From: Chiloscyllium plagiosum
Lineage: Eukaryota
Direction: 5' to 3'
DNA length: 64,000 nucleotides
Assembly: GCF_004010195.1 (NCBI RefSeq)
Contig: NC_057719.1
Location: 28,278,747-28,342,746 of the forward strand
Shown here: positions 49,248-63,044 of the stretch, piece after piece
Layout of the letters: every line of letters begins with the position of its first letter
Position numbering within the stretch: position 1 is the first letter of the stretch
Notes under the pieces: model-generated
What the model was told of the DNA's origin: nothing
Seen by the model: only the letters and a program-made list of their open reading frames with translations
Databases searched by the model: none
Made by a program: the position numbers and the translations under genes

Positions 49248-52200
49248 CCTGGAATGAAAATCCAGTTTTCCAGAACTCATTCTCTCAGGTCGGTTTTGCA
49301 GAATTGGACATTTTCCTAACTCTGCTTCTGACTCAGGAGTGAAAATTTAGGCCCAATTGTCCAGAATTGTTTTTAGCAGCCACTCCTGTTACTCAATTTC
49401 ATTGGCATCATTTTAGTGCAGTACTTAAGAGCAGAAATATGAAAGATACAATATCTTAATAAATAAACAATTTTTATTATTGCTCTATGATGTTTTATCA
49501 CTGTTTTATGTTATACATAAAAGTTTTTTCCTGTTCACACACTTGTGGTTAGCCATTCTAATGCCATTCTATGATCAAGAAATATCTTGGTCCCAATTAT
49601 CCCAAAAATAAGAGTTTATAGTGTAATGTATTTTTAGAGATGTCTCATTAAGCCAATACATGAAATTAAATTAGTTTCTACATCCCTGTACACTTGGCTA
49701 AGGGCCTCATGTTTTCTCTTGGACGGACTCCAAACTTGATAGTTTACATTTCTTTAATGCAAGATCTGAAGGCAACATTGCAGGTAAATACTTGTCTCTT
49801 ATATCTGCAAAGCAAAATAAAACTCAAAGCCTTATCAAATGTTCAAAGAAACTTATGGCAAAGAACTTCCTGTTATTAGACTGCACCAACTTCATATTTT
49901 CTCATTCACAGAGCCCACAGTAACATTTAAAAATCTCAGTTCATAGTACAAAAACATCAATTGTGAATAATGTAAGCATAATAAATGCTGCTGCAAAAAC
50001 AGTCAACCACAAGCACCTGATGTAAGTATACTCGGCTATTAAATTATTTATCATAAAATCACCATAGAATCATAGACTCCCTACGGTGAGGAAGCAGGCC
50101 ATTCAGCCCATCAAGTTCACACTGACTCTCTGAAGAACATTCCATCCATACTCACACTCCCCTCCCTATTCAATCCTGTAACCCTGCATTTCCATATCTA
50201 ACCTACTTAGCCTGCACTTATGCAGTGGCTGAATTTTCACCATAGATTCTCCTGTTCTGCCTCTACGGTTTCCGTGGCGATTGAACAGCAAGCCTACACA
50301 CAAGTACATAGAGACCCTCAATAACCAAGCGAAGGGAAATTCGTGCCTTAGTATCAGTAAAGGGGGGTTGGTGGCGTAATTAAGTGGTCAATATTTCTTT
50401 TTCCTTAAAGCATTTTAAAACCTTAATTTTTATTTTTCTTTAATTGTATCTTTCATTTAAAGAAAAAAAATAATATTTCAAATCTTAATCCACTCCTTCA
50501 CCCATCAAGTTTCAGGTTAAATGTGATTTGATTTGAAGATCACAGTGAAAAAATATTGTAAATCAGCAATAGATTCCTCCTACTTTATTCACCCTATTTA
50601 TTTTTTATTTTCCAATTAGATTTGCAAAATACTACAACATAAGAGGCATGAGAGGGAAACTCAACATTTTGATTTTCAAAACATTCATTATGGTAAATAT
50701 TGTTGAAAATTATCAGTAAGTTTAATTCATCAAGATCCACAAAGTATCTAGATCTTACCTCATTATTTTAAGGTTTAACATATACAGGGGGTACACACAA
50801 GAAAAAACTGATCACAGTCTGCCTACCCATATTATCTTTAGGTATTGATAGTTCCAACCAAATTTGGACAGTAGAGGGCGAGAACATTACATTGTTTGTA
50901 TCAATGTCAAAAGAATTCTTGATGCATGTCTAGATAATAGCAAAACTAAGTCAGCATGTAGCCTGAAGGAATATATTTACCTTCTCAAAGTACTTTTGAT
51001 ATTTGCCCATTAGGTGCAATTGGATTTTATGTTCTTATTACTATTAATGCTTCTCAACCGTGTTTGCACTAGGACAGTGCATTGTCATTTGGAAGATAAT
51101 AACCAGCTCTGACAAGACCTCAGTGAGTAACAATAAGGTTAGGAAATGCAGAGATAGATCTTTTTCAAATTCATTTGCAGACCTCCCACAAATTTAGGGC
51201 AAAGTAATGCACCAACCCCAGGCCTGTAAATCTGAATTAAAGCTGCAGCGATCTCTGTGTCTTAAATCATTCTGAAGCTATGAAGATAGTTGTTGTAAAA
51301 TACTTCAGTTATAAAGGGATTCTTCTTCACACAATTTTGAATATGTTTAGTGCTTGTAATTGAGGCAAGCATGAAATATATTGTGTATTCATGAAAATGA
51401 CCTTCTCCATTTACCCCCAAATCTTGAATTTGTGACTGGCAAGAACCCTGGGGCAAAGAAGTAAGGTCAATGACATGAGTGCACACACCACATGTTCAAA
51501 AAATTAACCTTGCCTGCAAAAATGTGAACATTTTCACAAAGGATGGTGGTAGAGATAAAAAAAATTGTCATATGTAGGAACTTGTTTAAAATCCAGGCGG
51601 GTATACCAAAAAAAGATGTGGTTAATGGAGAAAACAAGAGTCTGTTGTACACTGCTAAAATAAACTGTAAAAGGTTAATAATTGAAGACAGACAGGAATT
51701 AGATGAATAGAAAGTGTTATCCGGTGAAAACAAAATTTGCTTACAAGCTAAAGGTGATGCAAAAAAATGTTCTACTGATTTGTTTTTGTACTAAAACACT
51801 TGAACTCCTAAAAAAAATCTAAATTTAACTGGAGGAAAAGAAGCTTTGTCTAGTTTGCCTTGTCAAAGTGCAGCTCCTATTAGCTGAATGATTTGCCAAT
51901 AGTGGCTATGGAAAGTTAATGGCTTCGCCAGGGTCAGAGCATGTTTCTCCTTTGGGAGATAGGGAGGAAGGAGCCAATTCACATCCTAAACATGGAAAAT
52001 ATCAAAATATATTACTTTACAAGCCTTTCTGCTGCAAATACAGGCACAACATTCTGTTCCCTGCACCTACTTATAATACTGTCATAGATTACCAGCTGCC
52101 ACAACTTGAGGATGAAGGTGCAGAAATGAAGCCAAGGAGTAATCATTTTAAATCATTCTCACCCAACAGTGCAGATACAGGAAAAATACAATCCCTGTCT

Positions 52201-55200
52201 ACTACCATATTCAGACTTGAAAACAATACTTCCTGACCCTTTTGTGGCCTCTGCAACAAATTGCTTACTGTAGAACATACAACTGCATTTGATAATGGAA
52301 ATAATATCTTTGATTACAGTAAATCTTTGTCCTGTGGTTATTTTATTGTTGTATGTTCCTGCATTTTAGAAAAATCATTCAACTATGTCCTACTGGTCTG
52401 TATCCTTTAACTGTTTCTATTAATCCCACTACTGAGCAAAAACAAACAAAGGAAGACAATGAAGAAGACAGCAAGAACTAAAATGGACTAGATGTAAACA
52501 ATTTTTGCAATTAACCTTTTAAAAGAATCAACATTGGAATGTTGGTCTAATCAAACAAAATGTATAGGTGAGGTGGAATTAAATGTGTCCACTCCACGTA
52601 ACAGCTTTGGAAGTGATGGAGCATTGAATCAGGTGGGAGGGTGCAGGGTCGGGACCCCATCATATTCTTATTTTTGCCATTTACATCTGCCAATTGATGC
52701 AATTAATACTCATTTATTGGTCTCATTCTGGCATCAGTGGTATTCAGTCTTTGATGGGAGCGGAACAACCATAGGGGAAGTCTAAAAGCATCCCATAAGA
52801 AGCTCCTCATTCAACGGAACTCAGTGCCTGATCATTGGACGCAGAATCCCAAGTGGGGCTTTTGAAAGCTAATCCCTATCGTTACCCCATCCCGTTTTCC
52901 ATCTCCTGTGACCACTACTGGACAACCTCCACCTGACCCTCACTCAATATTTGGCCTGGTGTTGCTTGTTGATTGCTGGGTACAATGCCAGCAGTTGCCA
53001 CTTCTCCCAGTGGCACTGCCTACAATGGAGAGTTGCCAACCTTTGATTGGCCTACAACTCTCTGGAGCCCTTCAATCTAAGAAAAAGTCTAATGGTTGCT
53101 ATTTGAGTTCCTGATGGGTGTTAAACACAGCAAGCCCTTTCCCAACTTAGCTGACAGTGGGCTCTCACCGGCTTTCAGTTGGTGAGCAACACCTTCTTGC
53201 TGGGATTAAATTCTGCTGATGAAATCAGAAAATTCTACAAGTGGGTGACAGATAAATCTGCATCTGAAAGAGAATGTTTTGCACGTAACTCATCATTCGA
53301 TCTCGATGATATGCTGAAGTGTCAAACTTCAAACCTGTAACAAGCATTTCTCTGAGATGCTGATTGATTTGCCATGCATTTCCAGCATTTTTCTGTTTTA
53401 TTTTAGACTTCCATCATTCACAGTTTTTCACTTCTGGAACAGGGACTGTCTCTTTGCCTCGCAATGGCCTTACCCTCAATCTAGCCCTCAGCTTCTCTGT
53501 AATTCTCCACCATTCCAGTTTCCTATTCTCATCAATACAGTCAGTACAATCACTCAATTCTGTGTTATACTCACCAACAGTCAGTTGTCAGGCCTCTCAA
53601 ATTACCAACATAATGAACAAACATTGGCAATCTATAACAACAACAGTTCCCAATATTACCTCAGTATTACTTTACAGAATAATAAAAACCTCTCCTTTCA
53701 GATTTATTAAATATTACCACATAAATGCTAAACTATGACTCGGTGTTTCTTTCGTTCTTACATTTTACAGCCCTTTTTTTATACAATGCACAAGCTAATT
53801 GACACAGTTACAGACCCATTCAGATGGATTGTTGAGGGAAATTTAATTCAGGGTTTTTTGTTCAAAACACACTGAATTTTACAGGAGATTGATTTATTAC
53901 ATGTATCATATTCAGTGAGTTCATGCAAGAACATGGGTTTACTAAAGGCTATTTTAAAATTATCATAGAAGCTTTTTAGTCTTCTGTTACTCCTATTAGG
54001 AATAAATGTGGAAGGTTTGAGAGGGAGAGATTAAATTTCTCAAAGTGCCCACATCTTAACTATTATGGGAAACCTGCAGTGAATTAGAAGATGTTCCAGC
54101 AATTGCTTAATTTGTCTTTCCTAAATTCCTATGTTGCAACAACAACTACACTTAAAAAGTACTTAATTAGCTTTGGGATCTCCTAAGGTTGTGAAAGACG
54201 CCATATGAATGCAATCTTTTCTTTGTCTCTCTAATTTCTCATATTTTCGGAGAGATTTTTAAAAAATTGAAGTTTCAAAACTTGACGAATTTTAAACTAA
54301 TTGTGAATTGGTCATGGTCGAGATTTATGGGTCACAGACCAGCAGCAGCATTGTTGCTGAACAGGATTTAATACCAATTGACCAGTGTCTATGGTGAAAG
54401 TTGTGGGAACATGATCCTAATGTGAGCTTCATTAAGCACATTCCATGAGAACTTTTCAGCACTCAGTCTGCAACAACGTCCTGTGCTAATGAAGCTCTGT
54501 GCGATGCTCAAAGAACCTCTTCAGTTTGGAGTCCAACTGTTGACAAATGGTCACTTACGGATATCCTAAAATGCAATTATAATTTTTTTCAACGTTTGCA
54601 TTGATCTTACCGATTGTAGGCTGTTACTTTTTTTGGTTGGCATTAATAATTATCTACCAGCATTTCTCTTAGCATATTTAGCTTTCGCGAGACCATTTGA
54701 ACTTAGTTTCAATGTTCCATTTAAAACATCTTATGGCAGAACTCACTGGTTGATTGCTTCAGAAATTCCATCATTTAACAGGGAATCATTGGAAAGGCAG
54801 GCAGCAGCTTTAATTGCAAGGAGAGAACAAATGCCTTTTATGACCTTTAACCTTCAAATATGTTATGACTTATTGGAATTTGGAGTCATTACAGTCAGGA
54901 TGAGAACATTGAAGTTGGAACCAGGGAACTTTAAAGATTGAGGTTTTGCTCATGTTGGAGGAATTGGTGACGTAACATCTAAGAAAATTGCTGTCAGATT
55001 TTGAGGAATGCTTCATTGATTCTTGGCAAACAAGTTGGTTGGGGGTGAGAAACTAAAACTTAAGAGCCCATATTCATTGAAAGAGCTCAACTGAACAAAG
55101 CTCAGAGGTTGCCATGAGCTTATAAAACACTCATCCCCCTACCCCCTGTCCCAGTGGAATTTTCATTAGGACTAGAATAAAAGACAGTCATGGAAAAAAC

Positions 55201-56134
55201 ATCTACAAGCATAAATAGCCAAATGTTATTTCTAGTTCATGACAACTTCCTTCAAAATAATTACAAAAAGGGAAACAACAAATTATTTGGAAACATTAGT
55301 AACCTGATGTGCATCTATATTTAATACATGATATAGTATGTAGGGGAAACAAAATAATCTTCAATGCCTTTCTGTAATATTTGAGAAAAAAAAATCTTCT
55401 ATGCGATTCCTGTTCTGGATGGCAGCATCGTAGGAAATATCACAACATCCGTCATTTATAAATTAAATGTTTTTTTTGGTTGCAGACACTGATCTCAGAA
55501 TTCCTGGCCTGGACAGAGGAATAGCTGGTTGCAGTTCCCTCTCCTGGGTGTTAGCCTGCACCTCTACTATAAAACACACACATAGGCATTATTTGTGGGC
55601 ATTGGTTGGCATCCTCAGTAATGAGACCAATTTTCCAAAAACTGAAGGCACAATATTAACTCCTGGCCAGCAACATAGTTGACTTAGTGTGTTGACTCTC
55701 CTGCACCCAGGCAGGATGACTAAGACAATTTTAATGGCTGGGCCACATTAACCTCAGTCGTTTAAGGTAAGTGTTCTAGAGAGATAAACTTGTTCAGGAA
55801 AATCTGAGGCTTCCTGTTCCCCTTTTCCAAATGGATTACAGAAAGAGCCACTTGCCCTGCGGAATCTGCAGCTTCCACCTCTATGTCACTGCTAGGTTTT
55901 CTATCCCCGTGGAACCAGGTTAACTTCAAACATTGAGATCCTAATTGCATTGTAGGAAGCCAATGTAAATACATTAATAAGTGTTCTGCTTTACACCATT
56001 AAAGTGGTAGCAGAGATGTGACATGATGAGGTTGTAATGTGGATTTCCTGATGGGCAACACAAGGTTTAGGGGTGGGGAGGTGTTAATATCGAGGCATAA
56101 CTCATTCCCCCAGTATGAGCTACTGGGAGGAAAT

Positions 56135-56430
56135 GAGACATAGGAACAAAAATAGACCATTTGACCTATCAAACCTACACCATCATTCAATGAGATCATG
56201 ACTGATCTGTAGCTCTCAATTCCACTTTACTATCTTTTCTTCATACCTTTGATTCCCTTACTGATTAAAAATCTGTCCATCTCAATACTTAATAACCTAG
56301 CTCCGCAGCCTTCTGCATTAAACAACCCCACAGATACACTGTCTTCTGGTGGAAGAATTTCCCCTTTATCTTTAGCCTAAATGGGGGTCTTATACTCTGA
56401 GATGATGCAATCTGGTCCTACACTCTCCTG
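56135..56430 (-). mobile_element. CR1 3' end fragment
   Basis: acataggaac...ccatcattcaatgagatcatgactgatctg, reverse CR1 tail. Confidence 0.75.
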
Positions 56431-56432
56431 TA

Positions 56433-57004
56433 AACCACTTACCTCTGAACTAGACAGTTGGACTACATAAATACTCATGGACAGAAAGGAAATGTTATGT
56501 AAGCTACTGAAGCAGTAGGGCCCTTTAACAACATTGATATAGAGATCTCAATGTTTGAGAAGGGAAAAGTCTCTAAGATTATGAATTGAAGGGAAATAAA
56601 AATTGACATGCAGATTCTCTTCATCAACATCACTGCCAACTGCTTTAATTAAAAGTACATGTAGAAGGAGAAGGTGTTGTTGAATGAGAAGAAACCTATA
56701 CTGAAGATATTCAGTACTGTTAAGGATGATGAGGAAAACATTTATTCTGTTGATAAAAGAGCTGGAGTGGGAAGACCAATATTTGAATGCTTTTGGAATG
56801 GAAGATTAATTCCCGGTACCACAGGGAAGGATTTGAGTCTTATGCACCCCCAAGAGGACAGGTGCCACTGGAATGTTTCAACAGGATGCCAGGAGTGTTT
56901 TTTTACCAATGATAACTATCAGTCGGCACCAAAACTTTGATATTTATGGATTTAGAATGAAAGTTGAAGGATAAGAACACACTTTTCACACGTGTTGTGA
57001 ACAG
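56433..57004 (+). pseudogene. SMCHD1: Processed pseudogene fragment of SMCHD1 (GHKL ATPase/transducer region)
   Basis: [89 protein letters not shown]; stops and frameshifts, no introns. Confidence 0.93.
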
Positions 57005-57307
57005 TCCCATTCCTGCAGCACCCCAGCTCCACACCAAATCCCCCTACCCACTCACTCCACTCCATAAACCCCTCAGTGCCCTCTAACCCCTCCCTCACAG
57101 GCACTGCCCACTGCAGGCTTCTCTATCTGGGCTGCATTCCTCAGTCAGGGGGCCTACCTGTTGCCACCCATCGGGTAAAGAACTTTCCATCTCCCCAAAC
57201 AGACTTCAGGAGGATCTCTGGGAAAGCTTTGCTAAAGCATGACATTTTCAGAGCTGGGTAGGGGTGGTGAGCAGAGACTGAGTGACGTTCCTGGATTTGC
57301 ATGAGGA

Positions 57308-57610
57308 ATTAGATTAGATTACTTTACAGTGTGGAAACAGGCCCTTCGACCCAACAAGTCCACACCGACCCACTGAAGCGCACCCCTACATTTACCCCTT
57401 ACCTAACACTACGGACAATTTAGCATGGCCAGTTCACCTGACCTGTACATCTTTGGACCGTGGGTGGAAACCGGAGCACCCGGAGGAAACCCACGCAGAC
57501 ACGGGGAGAATGTGCAAACTCCACACAGTCAGTCGCCTGAGGCGGGAATTGAACCCGGGTCTCTGGTGTTGTGAGGCAGCAGTGCTAACCGCTGTGCCAC
57601 CGTGCCGCCC
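57308..57610 (-). mobile_element. Young HE1-like V-SINE
   Basis: (attag)n tail, CpG-rich head. Confidence 0.92.
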
Positions 57611-57663
57611 ACAAATAAAGTACCGTCCGGGTTCCTTTTAACTGTGACACCTGAAAATGGGAG

Positions 57664-57921
57664 GCAAAAGTGAGGACTGCAGATGCTGGAAACCAGAGTT
57701 TAGATTAGAGTGGTGCTGGAAAAGCACAGCAGGTCAGGCAGCATCCGAGGAGCAGGAAAATCAATGTTTCGGGCAAAAGCCCTTCATCAGGAATTCCACC
57801 CTTGGATGACTGTTTGTATGAAGCCTGTTCCTGATGAAGGGCTTTTGCCCGAAACATTGATTTTCCTGCTCCTCGGATGCTGCCTGACCTGCTCTGCTTT
57901 TCCAGCACCACTCTAATCTAA
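57664..57921. mobile_element. PLE fold-back palindrome with ~32-nt spacer and 15-bp TSD
   Basis: 57699-57793 pairs with 57828-57922; acctgaaWatgggag at 57649-57663 and 57922-57936. Confidence 0.9.
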
Positions 57922-60900
57922 ACCTGAATATGGGAGCCCAGGCAGTCCCAGTGGGCATCAAAACCACCTGCCCATGAAATTTGGCATTTTGCTGAGAAGA
58001 ACATAATCACATGGGAAACCTAACCCATCCTCCAACAGAAGTCCATCTTGCTTTTAAACTGCCTCCAAAAAAAAAAATTCCACCCACTTATTCTGACCCC
58101 GAATCAGTATATCAGAGGGGTGAGGCTATGTGACCCTGCATAGCTCTTCTCTGGCCAGTTTAAATACTGCACTATAACCAGCCATTTGACCGTGGGAACT
58201 TTGGTCTTTGGAAAATTATCATTGCAAACCTTCCTCCACTCCTTGTAACATTAAACCTGCATAATATACACCAGTGAGGTGCCTTGTTTTTATTTTCTTG
58301 GGTGTTGGGAAGACAAGGGTTAAAATGCATAATGCCCTGTCTCTCCTGTTTACTTCAGCTCTATGAAAACACTGTGGTCATACGCATCTTTAGCTGCCAG
58401 GGAATTCTTGTTTGACCTTTGCAGGAGGAGCACAGCTGTGCCAGTCAACTAAAGAAATGACAGATGAAAGCAAGATTCGCTGAATGACTAATGAGGGGAT
58501 CATTCGCTGGCCGTATGCTGACATCACAGAAACGAACATATCACACCTCCAGTCACCAAGTTCATCTCATCAGCTTTATACAGTCAGTGCTTCCAAACAG
58601 CCTTTTTGGCTTAATCTTCGAAAACCTCCACAGCACATTTGTATAAACATCAAAGTAGAATTTTCATTTCAAAAGAAAACCTTCAGATCTAAGAGAGTTC
58701 AAGCAAATTTATGAAAAGTCTGCTTCGAAGTTAAATGGAATTTAATACCTTCAGTGGAACTTTCCTGCAGGATTTACAATTAACCATCTTCCTCTTTTTT
58801 TTATCATGCAAGGAAATAGTCTAACTTGCTTTCAAATGACGCTGTGATGCTCAAATTTTAAGGGGTTCACTTTACAACTTCAAATAATTCTCTCACTGTA
58901 AAAGCAGGCAGTCTGTAAACAGCAGGTTTGAGGTGGCATATTTCATTGAACCTTTACAATATTGAACAAGCAGGACCTCCATCCAAACACAACAGTTTAA
59001 AGCAGCCTTGGAGGACCTATTTGAAAGTCATGCACTAAGCCTCAGACCACACCACACAGATTTCTCCAATGTATTCAGATCAACTTTCAGTAGATGAAAT
59101 GTTAGCCACCAAAGCACTGTGTTAGTTAATTGGAAAGTGCTCCCATTTATTTAGCAGAGTTAGAATTTAATTGATGACTGTCCTTGGCCTGGACTATGCA
59201 AACATTTAAAGTGTGCCATGTGGGTTCAATGCTGAGGCTATAGTTTACAACTTAACTCTAATACTGTACTTAGCTTTCTAATTTCCAGCACCTTTTTGGA
59301 GCGATGGGGTCAGTGTTGATTTCTGGCACTATGTTTCCGTCTATCCAATCTTAATGCTTTATTATTCTTCATTTTAAAAAGTGTTCAGGTTTGGTGTAAA
59401 ATAGACACAGGATGCCCTTGGTAAAGGAATTAAGAATACATTTAATGTCATGAACATGGCCCTACCTATCATAGTGGGTAATTCTTAAATTTTTAAAAAT
59501 TTTAACCAATCTGATAGCGAGTTCCTCATGAAACTATTGTATTTGCTTCTTAGTTTGGTATTTTTAAGATGACGTTTTTAACACGCATACATTCCAAAAT
59601 TTTACCTTGGGTAATGTTTTATTAAGTTGTAATTTTAACCAAAACCATGGAATTTTTGTTTTGAAGTGCAATGTTCATTTCTGCTCATAAGTGTCAATTT
59701 TATGAAAACATTTTTTGTTTTGATTTTGATGACAAGTGCTCTGGTGCATTGTAGCCTCAAGTTCCAAAGTCCATGTGATTGTCTGAAAATCTCTAGAGTC
59801 TGATAATTAAAGGCACTCCTGGAATAATTCATGAGATTGAAAATGTGTCTAAGTTCCAAATAAATTTAGAAAGAGGCCTAGGGAAGAGGAGTGCAGCCAC
59901 AACACGAGTGAGAAGCACACTCTCTGAGCAGGTACATAGGGAGCATTTTTATAGAGTCCATGGGAGACTAGCGTTCCACTTTGAGCAAGGCCTGCAGAAT
60001 TATGAGACAATCCGAATTCGAATTAGATTTTGTTGTCATGAGTAAACAGGTATGGGAATATATTTTCTTTTCCTTTTACTTCACCTTCTTCCTGTCGGTG
60101 GTATCTGAGAGGGTGACATTGTGGAGCGTAGAGGCCAGAGAAGGGCTCTTGATGAGGCAGTGACCTGACTTGGCTGTGGAGCTAGGGACTCCTGGTTGTG
60201 GTGAGCCCTGGAGCAGGGACACCAGGTACCGACGAGGAGGTGGCTGAAGCGGTGGCGTTTTGGTGAGCCTGAAGCAGGGCCTCAGGTATGGACGAAACAA
60301 CAGTGGCAGCGGAGCCAGGAACTCCTGGTTGCAGTAGGCCCAGAGCATACACTTCTCATTATTGGTGTGACAGTGATGACAGCTGTAGGCCCAGTGCCAG
60401 GGTCAGTGAGGGGGCAGTGGCAGGACCGGGGCTACCAGGGCAGGGTGAGTGTGTGTCCAGCACGTGACTGGCATTGGCAGCTCATTGGCGAGGTGAGCCC
60501 AGTGTCGAAGAGGTGGTGCCTGAGGAGTGGTAACTCTGACATTGGTGGCTCCTGTGCAGGGGGCTGTGAGAGTGTTGTTGATCAGCTGACTCAGGGGCTC
60601 AGGACTCATGGTGGAAGCAATGCAGTAAATTTCTTTCAGCTTTTATTTTACAATTTTCATTCTTGAAGTATTCAAATGGCGCCGGATTACGGCGACAATT
60701 CACATGAGTATAGTCCATGGTTGATTTGTGCCAGGCCTACCTGCCATCAGTAGTGGCTATCATCAGAGAGCCATTGCTCAGGAAGCCACACCTCCACAAT
60801 CATGGGTTTGAGTGGCTGGCGAGGGGGAGGGCCATGGCAGAGGGGGTTCCCAGAGTTGGGGGGGTGGGGGTGTGCTGGTGGGTTGTGTAGGCCTGAATGT

Positions 60901-60949
60901 TGCCACACTAATTGGTAAGCAGGGCATCAATGCCACCCTCACCTTAAAA

Positions 60950-61897
60950 AGGCAGTCTTTGGACCTGACATTGTGCACTAGTTGGAGGATGTGTGATAGA
61001 ATCCCATCTGCGCGGACCCCTGCTTGATGGAATTACACATCGGCACCAAGGTCCTGAACTTTCTTCAGGAACCAGCACCCCACAACCTGAGCCAGCTCCT
61101 GAATATATGTTGTGTGTGTGTGTGTCTTTCAGGGAAGCAAAACAGTGGTTCCTGTATATTCTGTTGCTGCATATCATCCATCTCAACTCTTACATCTGCT
61201 GCCCGGACACACCTTAGTGTGCTTAATTGCAGTGGAGATCCCCAGTGGAGGGATCTGTATGCAAACATCCTCCGCCTTTCCATCAGGGATCTGGGATGGA
61301 GGGTGTTGCATGCAGTAGTGCTGAATAACCACAGATTGCTGTGATTCATGGACTCCCAGGCCAATTGCTTGTTTTGCAATGCTGTTGATTCCATGGATTA
61401 TGTGTGTATTGGTTGCAAACATTTGCATTCCCTTTTTAGTCATTTGAGAAACCTTCTCTTGTGTTTATCAATTCACTTCAGCCCCATGTTCCTGATCATT
61501 GAGCACCCAGTGTGGAGGGATATGGACAGATCGGAGGACCTCCTCAAGGGTCTGCTCCTGGGCCTAGCCAGGCTGGCTATAAACAGATCCAGCCAGGGGC
61601 CTGTGAAGAGAGACATTCCTGTTAACTGACTGCCCTTTTCCACAGTTATGTTCAAGCCCAGGTGTCCTTGGAGAGGGAGTACATGGTTTCCACCAATGCT
61701 CTTGTCACCTTTTGGGAGAGGTGAGCACTGCTGGGGATAGAATGCTTTATTTACCTCTCCAACTCCATTTTGATTTAGTCCCCTCCTTCCCTCCTTCCCC
61801 CTATCCCTCACGTTTTAGATGAGAGCATTCCTCTTAATAGGTTTTGCTTGTTAATGTTTCATTACCCACGAGTGGTTTCCTGGTGGTGGAAAAAAAT
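60950..61897 (+). mobile_element. Decayed Tx1/L1-group 3' fragment
   Basis: PQWRDLY..IRDLGWRVLHAVV; CLFCNAVDSMDYVCIGC; LLLGLARLAI; A-rich end. Confidence 0.75.
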
Positions 61898-62846
61898 GTA
61901 TCACTAAGTTTTTCCAGAATGGAAAGGAAATGGAATATGAGTACAATGAAAAGCGTACAAAATCACCAATTTCTGGCTTCAAAACCAGAAGTTTTAAAAA
62001 TTAGTTAATTAGCAGGCCTCAGTTTCAGAGGAGCAGGACTCAGGCCTGGAGGTCCTACCCAGCAAAACCTGCCAGATGTTATATTGCTCAGCAACACCAT
62101 TAGGGAGACATTGTCTCCTGCTGGAATCACATCTATAAAAAAAACCTGTGATCCCAGACGGACCCAGAGTAAGTTGTCAGGATGTCAAAAGGTGGAGTGT
62201 TGTAGGGTGGTAGCCCACAGCAGCCCATCCATTCTCTTCCAGATTCTAGTTGTCTTCGTTGGACACTGAGTATCTTTGAATAAAACACCCCCCCACTCCA
62301 GGAACAAACTCACACAGGATTGCTTGTCCTTCTGTCTGCGTGACTGCCTTGTTACTGGTTTAATACAGGCAGCAGCAGGACTAAGCCGTTAAATGGGCAT
62401 TGATTGCTCACTGAAGGGCTTTGGTTGGCAGGTTACGGGGGGGGGGGGGGGGCTGTTTGTGGGCCTTCCCATTACAGATGGAATCAGGATGCAAGTGGGA
62501 AGATGGTGGGATCCCCATACCCAGCACCCTCCTGCCTGTTTAAATCGTTCCCTGCCTCTAAACTAACAATGGGGGAGGGCATAAATATCACCCTCACAAA
62601 AAGGGAAATATTGACTTTTACGCAAAAATTAATAAACACTTGAATGTGGAAATAGAAAAGTGAATTGAAAAAGGCAATTAAATCAGCCAGTACATCAACA
62701 TTCTACAGCATAATTAAGAAGCGACAATATTGGTTTGGACATCATGGCTCTCCTGATGCTGACTTCTGATTCCCTTTAGGGGCTGTGGATTGACTAAGCA
62801 CATGTACCATCCATTGAATCAGGAGTAGGCCATTCAACCTCTTAAG

Positions 62847-62945
62847 GTAAAAACAAGGACTGCAGATGCTGGAAGCCAGAGTCTAGGTTAGAGTGGTGCT
62901 GGAAAAGCACAGCAGGTCAGGCAGCATCCGAGGAGCAGGAAAATC
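62847..62945 (-). mobile_element. Last ~100 nt of a PLE terminal repeat, fused to U6
   Basis: Nearly identical to 57667-57762 of the same subfamily. Confidence 0.9.
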
Positions 62946-62995
62946 AAAAATAGGGAACGCTTCACGAATTTGCGTGTCATCCTTATGCAGGGGCC

Positions 62996-63044
<49 letters not shown>

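Noticed and set aside
56674..56940. Functional SMCHD1 exon
   Set aside because: Homology continues across stops and frameshifts, without splice sites
57705..57916. Two near-identical ORFs on opposite strands
   Set aside because: Artefact of the PLE palindrome
58472..58510. Imperfect 27-bp tandem (MTDESKIR*/MTNEGIIRW) after an acceptor at 58424
   Set aside because: Only two diverged units with an internal stop; no supporting homology
60050..60700. GC-richer segment with ORFs on both strands
   Set aside because: Looks like a retroelement UTR but I cannot classify it; ORFs show no recognisable domain
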